Shown piece by piece: positions 1-13,215 of a stretch of 64,000 bases of DNA (the first letter of the stretch is position 1; each line of letters begins with the position of its first letter). Position numbers and translations under genes: made by a program. A model generated the notes under the pieces. That model was not told the origin of the DNA. It did not search any database and was given only the letters and a program-made list of their open reading frames with translations. Origin of the DNA: the human T2T-CHM13v2.0 reference genome, Homo sapiens; NCBI RefSeq assembly GCF_009914755.1, contig NC_060931.1; one strand, written 5' to 3'.

Positions 1-589
1 TAGAGGAAAACTCTGTTTAATAGAAAGAGAAAAGTAACTTATGAGCTGAGGAACTCTGCTCTTTGTCATCCATAAATATTACAAAATAATTCCAGAAGTA
101 TAAATCTGAACATTCATTGGTATATTTTTATTCTGAATATAGCTACATAAAATTTTGTTGTCAACATTTTTTTCAAATCTTGGTTTATTTGAGGTTTAAT
201 CATCCTGAAACTATTCTATGGTTTATCCACTCTCTTATATTCAACCTTTGTTACATAATCTTTCCATTGTTGTTCATGTTCTTTTAAAAATCTGATGTTT
301 CTCTGCTTCCCAGAAGTCCCAACTTGTAATAGTAAGTGGTTGTGCCAGACACTTGGGTACAATGGTAAATAAAATATAGCAGAGTGGGTGACAAGTAAAT
401 AGACATAGTAATATGAAACAAATGCTACTTATTGTGTTATGGGGTTACATCGGAGTTGTTTGTGGGTAGGAGCAAATCAGAAAAGGTTTCTCAGAAAAGG
501 TAATTGTTAAGATTTCAGGGGCCAAATAAATTGAACTTTTTTTTTAACCAACTTCTATATCTATTAAGAATTAGAATGAAAAAGTAAGA

Positions 590-1970
590 GAAAATACTAG
601 CAAACCAAAAGGGATTATACACAATGACCAAATAGGATTTATCCCAGAAATGCAAGGTTAGTTTAGCATATGAAATTATGAAAATTAAACAATATAATAT
701 ACCATGTTAATAGAATATAAAGAAAAAGGCACATGGTCATCTCAATAGATGCAGAAAAAGTATCTGGCAAAATCCAACATTCTTTCATGATTAAAAAAGA
801 GACACTCAACAAATTAGGAAAGATAGAATCTTCCTCTACTAAAAAAAAAAAAGCCATCTTCAAAAATCCTGCAGCTAATGTCATAGTTGGTAGTGCAAGA
901 CTAAATGCTTTTCTCCCTGAGACCTGGAACAAGACAGGGATATTCACTCTCAACACTTCTATTCAACATTATAATGAAGGCTTCAGCCGGGCAATAAGGC
1001 AAGAAAAAAAAAAAGGCATCCAAATTAGAAAGAAAAAAGCGAAGCCATTTCTATTTGTAGGATATATGTTCTTGTATATAGAAAATCCGAAGGAACACAC
1101 ACACACACATACACACGCCACACTATTAGCACTAATAAATGAGTTCAACAAGGTTGCAGGATAAAAGATCAATAGGCAAAAATCAGTTGTAATGAATGAA
1201 CTGTATGGTATGTGAATTACATCTCAAAAACCTGTTATAAAAATCAATTGTATCTCTATACACTAGCAATGAACATTTAAAAAATGAAATTAAGAAAACA
1301 ATTCCATTTACATTAGCATCAAAAAGAACAAAATACTTAGGAATAAATTTTACAAAAGAAGTACAAGACTTATAAACTGAAAACTACAAAAAACACAGTT
1401 GAACTGTATTAAAGAAGCTTTAAATAAATGGCAAGATAACTCTGGTCATGGATCAGAAGATTTAATATTGCTAGATGGCAATACTCCTCAAATTGATAGA
1501 TTCAGTGCAATCCCTATCAAAATGTCAGCTACCTTTTGTGCAGAAACTAACAAACCAAATCTGAAATTTATATGGAAATACAAGGGACCCAGAATAACCA
1601 AAGCAATTTTGATAAAGAACAATGTTTAAGGATTCCTGATTTCAAAACTGACTACCAAGCTATAGTAATTGAGACTGTGTGGTACTGGCCTAAGGGTAAA
1701 CATATAGATAAATGAAATAGGATTGAAAATATGTAAATAAACCTTTATATATATTTCAATTGATTTTTCAACAAAGATGCCAGGACAATTGGATGGGGAA
1801 AAAAAATAGTCTTTTCAGCAAATGGTACTGGGACAACTGGATATCCACATGCAAAAGAATGAAGTTGGCCGTGTTCCTTATACCATACACTAAAAATAAT
1901 AAAAAATGGATCACAGAAACAAATGTAGGAGTTAAAACTACTCTTAGAAGAAAATATAGACTTACTATTT
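590..1970 (+). mobile_element. Ancient L1 (L1M-type) ORF2 fragment
   Basis: Broken ORFs with L1 ORF2 motifs (MVISIDAEK..KIQH, PTANII-like, LFSKWYWDNWISTC); many stops and frameshifts; boundaries approximate. Confidence 0.85.
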
Positions 1971-1984
1971 AAACAGATAATAAG

Positions 1985-3410
1985 GGGCCTTCTCGTTTTA
2001 GCTGCAACATGAATAATGCTTGAAAGTCAACATTCCTGTCCTTACAACAACAAAAAAGCTGAACAAACTAAAAATCAGCAACTTATTGGATCCATCAGAG
2101 AACTGAGGCTGACAAGTAAACTACTACCCTGAAATCTGAAGAGACAGACGAATCCAGGGAGTCACTGCTGAGATCTGCTTGTCTGAGGCAGAAGCTGCTA
2201 GAATCATAAACTGGTAGGAACACTTAAACAGTGATTTTAACAAATTGCCAGAGGCTGAGTGCGCACTAGCTTGAAAGTGAGAAACTCCTGGTGGCCATAG
2301 TCTTGTCTGGAGCTTCATTTTTGTGGACTTTATCTTCAGGAATCCCACCAGGTTCTCATAGAGCCAAGAAAGACCTCTTAGTTGCTCTGGAAAGGGGAGA
2401 AGAAGAGTAAACATTGTGAAATACACCCAGAGCATTCTCCGTAACAAGGGCCTACTCTCTTAGGGTGTTAACTCTAAAAGGAGAAAATCAATAGGTTAGA
2501 GACAAATGAAGCATTTATTCAGAATAGGAATTGCAACCTGGGTAGTAGTCAGAGACCATACCACCCAAGAGGAGCAAGAGGCCTTACATTTATAGGAATT
2601 TATTCAGATTATATAAGTTGTTTGTCAGATTTTTCATTGGTTTACCAAACAAAGAAGGCTTTAATCATTAGTAGAATGGTGCATTTGCAACAGCTGGCAA
2701 GGAAAAATTATATACAGAATCCCTTAAAGACTGGGATCAGTTTCCTTGTATTGTTGAGAGCACAGATGTTTGCAAAGGAACTTGGTTTTCATAGTTCCCT
2801 TGTTGGTCTCACAGTTCATCAGCAGTTCAACATGGAGTAAGTAGCCCAAGATAGAGTCACTCATGTTAAGCCTGGAACTCTGCTAAGTTCACAAGGTGAA
2901 CAGTCTTTACCAGAACCTTATCCTATTTTCGGGGAGGGATATTTCTGCAACTCCAGCCTCCTCTAGTCTTCCTGTCTCACTGGAGGGTTGGAGGAAGAAA
3001 AGCTAAGAAACACTTATTAAGGTCATAGCCCAGGAACACAGGCCCACTTAGACTGAGATTTAAAAATAAGTTTATAGGATACTTCCTCTCCCCCATACCT
3101 TACCACCACACCAACATGACTCCAGTATAATAACAGTGGTTTACAGCTGATAAAGCAGCAAGAAAGACAGATTCTATCTGATAAGTCGTTCTTTGGAAAT
3201 CCTAAAGACAACAGGAGAGACAAAAACAAATATCCTAGAGGAATTCCAAGCCTTTGATACTAGTGGCTACAGCAAACATTAAACAGTCCAATTCCTTGTC
3301 AGATTAATATAAAACCCCATAGTAAAGGCCTATTAACTTCAGTTTTTGTTACCCACTGTCCTGTGACCAACAAAAGATTTTAAAGCATTTTAAAAGGCAA
3401 GAAAATACAA
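1985..3410 (+). mobile_element. Old L1M 5'-region relic, probably interrupted by an LTR fragment (~2465-2890)
   Basis: Resemblance to L1M 5' consensus by recall; internal segment has LTR-like composition. Subfamilies not determined. Confidence 0.4.
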
Positions 3411-3573
3411 AAGCCATATGTTATCTTTGCTTTCAGTTCCCCAAAATAGAAAATGGAAGCAACACTGTTTTTTGTGCTAATTGGATACATCATAGATTAC
3501 CCACCATTCAAAGTCACTGTCACTTTTTTTCCCCTTGACTGCTGATGTTGGCAACCATGATTTTTGCTGCTCA

Positions 3574-4020
<447 letters not shown>

Positions 4021-4122
4021 CTAACTTAATTTCAGTGTTGTGTATATTGGGATCATGTTTCCTAAGAGTTCAGACAATGAAAAGAGAATGAGTATAATAC
4101 CAATGCCAGCATGGCCCAAATG

Positions 4123-4348
4123 TCACCAAAAAAGACAAAGAGGAAAGAAAGAAAGAAAGAGAGAGAGAGACAGACAGACAGACAGAGAAGGAAGGAAGGG
4201 AGGGAGGGAGGAAGGAAGGAAAGAAAGAAAGAAAGAAAGAGATATATATGGCTATTCTTTTAATGACTCGTGGAAGAACATATACAACCAGGAAGATACC
4301 CAAAATAGAACATCACCAAAAAAGAAAAAGAGAAAAAAACAAAAAGAA

Positions 4349-4411
<63 letters not shown>

Positions 4412-4412
4412 C

Positions 4413-4464
<52 letters not shown>

Positions 4465-4584
4465 GGCTATTCTTTTAATGACTGGTGGAAGAACTTATAC
4501 AACTAGGAAGATACCCAAAATAGAACATCACCAAAAAAGAAAAAGAGGGAAGAAAGAAAGAGAAGAAAGAAAGAGAAAGAATGA

Positions 4585-4636
<52 letters not shown>

Positions 4637-4726
4637 AAAAGGGAAGAAGGAAGGACATACATGGCTATTCTTTTAATGACTGGCGGAAGAACATATACAA
4701 CTAGGAAGATACGCAAAATAGAGCAT
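4123..4726 (+). repeat. Triplicated ~200-bp unit with embedded microsatellites, including (GATA)11 CATA (GATA)12 at 4368-4463 and (GAAA)n at ~4583-4636
   Basis: Three copies of TCACCAAAAAAGA..[STR]..GGCTATTCTTTTAATGACTNG(T/C)GGAAGAAC..AGGAAGATAC(C/G)CAAAATAGA(A/G)CAT. Confidence 0.95.
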
Positions 4727-6052
4727 ATGACAAAATATGCAGAAAAGAATTTGGGATTGTGCATTATAAAGGAAAGGATGTGAAAGCACATATGAAGACT
4801 GAATCTCAGGAGTCCTGGAAGAGACAAGCAAGTACTTCTAAATCAATTGAAAGTGTTTTTATGACCCAAGAAGATACCAATGCTCAGTTGAACATAATAA
4901 CTGGTGAATTTGCTTGGGCATACCACCCAAATGAATGCTTATCACATCAACAAATGAATGCTTATCACATCATTCATTCCCTTGATTGCTTGATGAAACA
5001 AAGTAAAATTACATTTCCTGGTTCAAAGGTTACGACTAAAATATCCCGTCGGTCAACAAAGGGAAAATTTTGTAAAAGATGTGTTGGCCTCTTAAAGGGT
5101 AGAGCTCATTTTGTCAGATCTTACCAACAATAATGTTTTCTACAGTGTATCAAGTGATACACTGAATCATGGCAACAAAAGAAAAAATCCCCATGGCTTT
5201 TAGGTACTTTGATTTGAAAAGTGAGGTTTCAAATAATCTTGATTTCTATGAATATTTTAATGAAACCAAAGAAAACATAAAACCAAATATTGCTAGCTAA
5301 TATTTTGTCCAAAAACTAACTAGACTTTGCTCATCAATCTGCATTATTGGCAATGAAAATGTAAATTTTGGCATGTTTCATTCAGTCTGTGAACTTCTTA
5401 TCAAAGAAAATGAAAAGATCTTACCCACTAAATGTCTTCCATATGTTGTACTGTGAAGGGTATGATTTGCTAGCCTGTGACATTGAGGCTTTTATAATAA
5501 AAGTTTGGGGTCACTTTTTAATTTCCTGAAAACATACAGAAGCACTGAATGAGACTTCTGACTTTATGGAAATGGAAGAAGATATCCTCCTTAGACATGT
5601 ACCTGAGTTATTTGATATTATATGTAGGTTGTGACAAAGACGTGTATGGTAAAAAATGACATTTGGGAAGAAATAAGACTGACTCAGAACTCAAAAATAT
5701 GTCACCAGAAAGGAGCATACAAGTTAAACAGTACTAAAATTATAATTTATTTGTAATCTATGCTCAGTTTAAGTTCAGATTACCTCAGTGCTTTAAAAAC
5801 ATTTTCCCTGAGAAAGAGAAGTTTAACTTATAATGACATTCAATGTGCTTTAGATAATCTATCTATAAACAGGATATTTTAGATATGGAGACCCTACATG
5901 ATGAATTTATAGATGCAAAGGGCCTAAATGACAAACAGTTAGTCTACCAAAATAGGTCTACAGATACAAAGTGAGTGGACAGTTTTGAAAAGCTGGAAAC
6001 CAATTCCTACAAGTCTAAATACCTGCCGTTGCTAATAAGTAAAGTCTAAATA

Positions 6053-6384
6053 CAGTCATCCCTTTGTATCATGGAGGATTGTTTCCAGGATCTCCTACAG
6101 ATACCAAAATCTGCATATGCTCAAGTCCTGTTGTAAAATGGCATAGTGTTTGCATATAACCTATGCATATCCTCCAGTATGCTTTAAGTCATCTCTAGAT
6201 TACTTATAATACCTGATACAATGTGAATGCTATGTAAAAAGTTGTAAGACTATATTGTTTAGGGAATGATGACAAGGAAAAAAGTCTGCACGTGTTTGGT
6301 ACAGATGCATTTTTTTCCTAAATATTTTCCATCCTCAGTTGGTTAAATCCACGGATGTGGAGCCCACACAAACAATGCCAACTG
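6053..6384. mobile_element. MER2-type TcMar-Tigger MITE nested in Blackjack
   Basis: TA-CAGTCATCCC...CCAACTG-TA termini and MER2-like internal sequence. Confidence 0.8.
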
Positions 6385-7369
6385 TATTCCATGCTGAAAA
6401 CATTTTTGTTGACAGGATATCTAACTTGATGTCATTGCATTGGAATGATACCAGGAGCAGTGTAATGTGGGCTTGATAAGAGCAGATCTGAAAGTCAAAG
6501 GGAATTTCGCATTTAAGTGAGAATACACTGTTTAATCACTACATCAAAGAAAGATATCTCAAAGGCTGCAGGCAGTTCAGAGAAGTATTATTGGAAAAAG
6601 AAACAGGAAGAGCAAAAATATCCTACTTTATCATGGGACACTAAGAAATATGTCATTGTTAGTTTTTAATAAATATTTACATTGATCTTTTAAAAGGTCT
6701 TATCTATAACCTAAGAATATACAATAATAATATGACATATAAAACTTAAATATCCACTAAAGAGCTAAAATGTGTATCAGAGGAGAGAAACATTATAAAA
6801 AAATTACTTTTCTCACACATACTATTAATCTGTTCTACTATTACTACTAATTGCCACTGTTAACTAGTCCTGTTGTTGTTTTGCCTAATCACCTGTATGT
6901 AACAGCAAAGTAAATAATATAGAATAATAAAAATGTTAAACACTTTTCATATTTCATTTTAAAATAATATGTGTATGTAATTATTATATGTTAGACTATT
7001 TTTTGGTCTGGTATATCTGTGTCCTAGATTGGCTCTAAAAATGTTGGTTACCTTAGTGTACCTGTCACTGTCTTTCATAGATCCTAACATAGATAAATTC
7101 AGTTCTGGAATGTTTAACATTTATTAGATAGATTAGGTATTTATATTGTTTGCTGTTCTCTTGAAACAGTTTAATTTAAAGGCTTCCAGGGGAAATATGT
7201 ATGCATATATTTTGTGTGTCTGAATGAAACAATGGTAGGTTAATTGAAGATAAGCTCAATTAAACTAGCCATTAAATATATGAAGTAATTGTCAAGAAAG
7301 TTAAAAATTAAGTTTTATTGATTTTTAAGACCTAACTTCAGATATTTTATGGTATATTCTCTTTTTTAG

Positions 7370-7418
7370 TGAAAATACCTGAACGAGCCCCTTCTTGGCT
7401 TCTAAAAAAATATTTGAG
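7370..7418 (+). other. AGBL3: Candidate (vestigial) AGBL3 exon A, phase 1 to 2: xKIPERAPSWLLKKYL
   Basis: ttctcttttttag acceptor, AG|gtagga donor, open frame, phase-compatible with exons B-D. Confidence 0.55.
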
Positions 7419-7678
7419 GTAGGAGAACTGTACTTGATTTCTTCTACCTGACTACCTTACACCTTTTCCTCTGTCATATAAGATTTTGATTTTGAATTAA
7501 AGCAACAGGTAAAAGTGACTTTTTGGATAACCATTGCTAATCAGATGTCTCCTCATATTCTACATAGTATCTGTGACTAGGTCAGTTTTATACACAGTGC
7601 CCCACAAGATGTGTTTTAGCAGGTTCTGGGAAGATTTCGCTATCCCCAGACTACCCCAATAGATGCTTTAAAATCTAG

Positions 7679-8026
<348 letters not shown>

Positions 8027-8279
8027 GAGTTTCTCTTTTTAAAAAAAAAAAACACTGGTGGCATAAGATAATTATCTAGCACTTTAGAATGAATGACAAT
8101 CAAATGCTTTACTATCCATTGCAGCAATTGGAGCACTGGTCATGGGGGGATAAAACTAATACTAAAAACTGGAGAAAGAAGAGAATGGGAAGTCAAATAT
8201 AACAGACAAACTTTATAGTTTTGTCTAAACCAGTAATTATTATATCTCTATCACCCTTGGCAAGTTTCCCCTTACTTAG

Positions 8280-8324
8280 GAATAATATAAACAACTGTCT
8301 GGATGGTGGAATAGGTAACCATAG
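8280..8324 (+). other. AGBL3: Candidate AGBL3 exon B, phase 2 to 2: RNNINNCLDGGIGNH
   Basis: tttccccttacttag acceptor, AG|gtaagt donor, 45 nt, open frame. Confidence 0.55.
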
Positions 8325-8406
8325 GTAAGTATTTGAGAACCAACTAGATTTGTACAACAGAGAGACCATGGTATATCCTCTCTTCCTTCCTGGCTTCTCT
8401 TCTAAG

Positions 8407-8482
8407 AACTCAGTTTCTGTTAAATAAAATGGGTTCTGATGAAAGATGTAGACTCTCTTGCCCCAGAAATATAGAAATTTAG
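8407..8482 (+). other. AGBL3: Candidate AGBL3 exon C, phase 2 to 0: RTQFLLNKMGSDERCRLSCPRNIEI* (last codon TAG)
   Basis: Long pyrimidine tract plus aag acceptor, AG|gtaaga donor; open until an in-frame TAG at 8480-8482. Confidence 0.55.
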
Positions 8483-8977
8483 GTAAGAGACCAACATGTA
8501 AAGCATCTTTGGGCCTACTTTCACTTGGATCTAGAATTGGTTATTTTAAACTGACTTAATTTTTTAAAATGTATTATTTATCATGTCTTATGGAAAGAAA
8601 TAAAATGATATATCAAGACAAAAGAAGGTAATAGAAAAAGTACTGCAGTTAGAAGATGTGAATGCTACACCCACCTCTGCCCCTTACTAGTTATGTGATC
8701 TTGAGCAAATAGCTTAACCTCTCTGATTCCCCTTATGTAACATGGGAATAACATTGGCCATCCTGCCTACATCATGAGACTGATCAGAGCACCAAGTATG
8801 ATAGTGTATTAAAAGACTTTGCATACCCTGAGGTGTAATATGCAAATATAACATGGCTATTACATTACTCTTACATGAGTAGCTTACTGTTGACAATGAA
8901 ATCAGAGGACCCAATTTTTTTCATCTCCCAAAGTATGACTCAGAGTCATAGCAAAGACCAACACAAACATTTTTTAG

Positions 8978-9122
8978 AAATCAGTGAGAGGCCAATCTAG
9001 GAAAAAAATTCCCCTCAAGGGAACTGATTTGTATGGAAACTGTTTCAAAGTGACATCCCTGCAGTCTCCTATGGGCAAACAAACTTCTACTTGGACTGAG
9101 AAGACAAGGATACCAACAGAAG
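8978..9122 (+). other. AGBL3: Candidate AGBL3 exon D, phase 0 to 1: KSVRGQSRKKIPLKGTDLYGNCFKVTSLQSPMGKQTSTWTEKTRIPTE
   Basis: T-tract plus tag acceptor, weak AAG|gttgtt donor; G + AT joins in frame to exon 23226 (..PTE-D-LHHN). Confidence 0.55.
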
Positions 9123-9625
9123 GTTGTTACTTGTTTTTATTGTTTAAGATTTTCATGCATACAAAGATGGTTTTCACTATATCATCATTAACATATCCTA
9201 TGAAACTTGGATTATGGGAACTACTTTTGTAAAAGGATGAGATTGATAGCTATTTTAGTCCTGTCTGTGAAAAATACTTGCTTTATTTAATTTGTATATG
9301 AGTTGAATATAGAAGGAAATTATTTCAGTTTAATATAGCCTTAAAAAAAAAACTTAATTGCTGTATTCCTAATACCTTCCTGTTACTTGATGCCTTTCAT
9401 CCTCACCACCACCCGCCAAGAAAATAAAAAGACATTCTGGTCACTTCTGCTTCCTAGACATGGGGTTTTCAGTTGAAAACCATCTTTTACTTCATCACTC
9501 TTTAGAGTGGCCCTTAACTAATTGAAGACTAATATAGTTCATAGTTTCTGTCTTGGGATATTTCTATACTGAAGTGCCCAATAGAAGGGCAGAAAAGATT
9601 GGCCCAGCCTTGATTCCATCATGGT

Positions 9626-9987
9626 TGATATGGTTTGCCTGTGTCCCCACCCAAATCTCATCTTCAATTATAGCTCCCATAATTCCCACATGTTGTGGGA
9701 GGGATTCCATGAGAGATAATTGAATCATGGAGGCGGTGTCCCCCATGCTGTCCTCATGATAGTAAATAAGTCTCACGAGATCCGTTGGTTTTATAAGGGG
9801 TTTCCGCTTTCGCTTTGCTCTCATTCTCTCTTGCCTGCTTCCATGTAAGACGTGCCTTTTGCCTTCCACCATGATCGTGAGGCCTCCCCAGCCACATAGA
9901 ATCGTGATTCCATTAAACCTCTTTTCCTTTATAAATTACCCAGTCTGGAGAATGTCTTTATCAGCAGCATAAAAACAGACTAATACA
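9626..9987 (+). mobile_element. THE1 (ERVL-MaLR) solo LTR
   Basis: TGATATGGTTTG..CCCCACCCAAATCTCATC start, ..GACTAATACA end, 5-bp TSD ATGGT. Confidence 0.92.
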
Positions 9988-10569
9988 ATGGTAATTCATG
10001 TTAGTTTAAATTATAGTAAGTAAGGCTAAAGTCAAATTCACCGCTCCAAATCTGTGATTACTTAAATATTATCTGCTGAGCTTCAATGGAACATAAAGTT
10101 TCTTCATTAGGTCTAAAAATTGGACTACCATGGAAATTATACTTATATTTTCTTCTGTTTCTGGAATGAATTGACATTTTTAGTTTACCTTCCCTAAAGT
10201 GTTTTATAAAAAACAGTCATTCTATTCATTAATTCTTAAAAAATGTTAATAATATCAAAGATAATAATATGGAATAATTGGCCAATAAAATTTTATACTC
10301 CATTGACATAATCCAAAGCATTGAAACAATGCATCTCAAAATATGCACCACACTTACTCATGTTCTCAGTATTATGTGGCTATGACAAGCCAGTAGACCA
10401 TTTCATGAAGGCTTAAATTTTCACCAAGAGTACTTTCAGTATGAGAGAACTTTGGTCCTTTCTCTTGTGGTTTTTTTTTTTTCATTGCTCTAATGCTTGG
10501 AAGGTTTTACCCCATCTCCCATCTCCAGATCATAAAATGATCATCTATTTGGCTCTTAAATATTCATAT

Positions 10570-10880
10570 AAAAATTAACCCTAACCCTTGTCTTACACCA
10601 TAGCAAAAAAAAATTAACTCAAAATGGATCATAGATCTAAATATCTAAGCTAAAATCATAAAAACTTATAGGAAAAAGCATGGGAGAGAATCTTTATGGT
10701 CTTGGAATAAGAAAAGACTCCTCAAATAGTACTCATAAACACCAATTATAAAAGAAAAACTTGGTAAATGAACTTCATCAAAATCATTCTCTTTAAAAGA
10801 CACTGTTAAGAAAATTAAAATGCATGGGACATATTGGAAAAAAATTACCAAATGTACAACCAATAAAGGCCTTGTTTTAT
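10570..10880 (+). mobile_element. Old L1 ORF2 3' fragment
   Basis: AAAATTAACTCAAAATGGATCATAGA..CTTCATCAAAAT L1-like sequence. Confidence 0.7.
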
Positions 10881-12872
10881 ACCTATGTCATTTCTTCTTT
10901 GAACTTGGTAAACACAAACACAATACTCCGGCAGAATCCACTCTTCTACTTAGCCAGACCATCCGCACCTGGAAATAAGTCATGGCATTCCAGGAATCAT
11001 TTCTCTTTCTTTGGAACGTGCTTCACCTGCATAGATTTTCTGCTTATGTTAGCTGTCTATAATCATTTCTTCTAATGCTCTTGGTGGATTCTAAATATTA
11101 ATCACTGCAGCAAAAAGAAATCAAATTATTGAAGCTGAGTGATAGGTTTAAGAGGGAGTTCCTTATACTAGTCTCTCTATATTCGGGAATATAGAAAATG
11201 TTTTAAGTGAAGTCCAAAAATATACTCTCACAACTATCAATAATCTGTTCTTGAATCAAACTCTCACCCATATGAGTTAGAGTATAGAATATTTCCAGTG
11301 TTTCTTTATTTTCTTAATATGCATGCTTTTTTCTTAGGAAAGATTTTTAAAAATCAGCCTACAGGAGTTTTATCTGATCCGTCTGCACTGTATTTAACAG
11401 AAAGGCCTTCAAGTTTCTGACATATGGAAACCCATAATCCCTACTGTTTTCTTATGGTAGTCAGTTTCCTCTTTTTCACATTCTATCTCAGTAGGAGACT
11501 GAGAGGGGAATAATAGATATCTGTAGTCACATCATATCTCACTGAAAGTTGGAATCTGGACAGGTATAAATAAGCAGAGTCAGGCAGATTGAGAATCTAC
11601 ATTAGCTCAATTCCAAATTTAAGGAATATAGGTTACATTTCAGCTCTTGCAACCTCATCCACGTCTCTATCACATTTTCTCCATTCCTTGTGTTGTAATT
11701 TTCTTCAACTGCTTCAACTGCTTTATTTTTTTTTAATGTAAGGATGTTCATCATGGTATTATTTTATTTTTAAACTTTGAAGTTTGGGGTACATGTGCAG
11801 GTACCCCATATAGGTAAACTTATATAGGTAAACTTATGTCATGGGGTTTGTACAGATTATTTCATCACCCCAGTACCCAATAGATACTTTTTCTGATCCT
11901 CTCCCTCCTCCCACCCTTCACCCTCAAGTAGGCCCCAGTGTCTGTTGTTCCCCTCTTTGTGTCCCTATGTTCTCATAATTTGGCTCCCACTTATAAGTGA
12001 CAACATGTGATATTTGGTTTTCTGTTCCTGTGCTAGTTTGCTAAGGTTAATGGCCTCCACCTCCATCCATGTTCCTGCATAGGACATGATCTCATTATTT
12101 TCATGGCTACATAGTATTCCATGGTGTATGTGTACCACATTTTCTTTATTCAGTCCACCATTGATAGGCATCTAGGTTGATTCCATGTCTTTGCTATTAT
12201 TCACAATAGCAATGAATAGCGTTGCAGTGAACATACATATGCATGTATTTTTATGATAAAATGATTTATATTGCTTTGGATATATACCCAGTAATAGAAT
12301 TACCAGGTTGAGTGGTAATTCTGTTTTTAGCTCCTTAAGGAATCACCATACTGCTTTCTATAATGGTTGAACTAATCTACACTCCCACCAACAGTGTATA
12401 AGATTCCCTTTTTTCTGCAACCTTGCCGGCATTTGTTATTTTTTGACTTTTTAATAATAGTCATTCTGACTGCTGTGAGATGGTATCTCATTGTGGTTTT
12501 GATTTGCATTTCTTTAATGATCAGTGATATTGAGCTTTATTTCATATGCCTTTTGGCCACATGTATGTCTTCTTTTGAAAAGTGTTCATGTCCTTTGCCC
12601 ACTTTTTAATGGGGCTGTTTGGTTTTTTTTTTTCTTGTACATTTGTTTAAGTTCTTTATAGATGCTGGATATTTAGACCTTTGTCAGATGCAAATATTTT
12701 CTCCCCACTCTGTAGGTTGCCTGTTTACTCTGTTGATAGTTTCTTTTGCTGTGCAGAAGCTCTTAAGTTTAATTAGATCTCATTTGTCAATTTTTGCTTT
12801 TGTTGTGATTGCTTTTGGTGTCCTTGTCATGAAATTTTTGCCAGTTCCTATGTGCAGAATAGTATTGCCTAG

Positions 12873-13215
<343 letters not shown>

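Noticed and set aside
4123-4726. Repeat-spacer pattern resembling a CRISPR array
   Set aside because: Mammalian DNA, only three ~80-bp units, spacers are simple repeats, no cas genes.
4040-4827. Lys/Arg/Glu-rich and Phe/Leu/Ser-rich ORFs
   Set aside because: Translations of GAAA/GGAA microsatellites.
8880-9122. Longer version of exon D using the AG at 8878-8879
   Set aside because: Several in-frame stops (8891, 8897, 8936, 8975).
10880-11115. Unique-looking segment between L1 pieces as an antisense exon or retrocopy fragment
   Set aside because: The minus-strand frames I read contain stops and I could not recognise a source; it needs a BLAST search.
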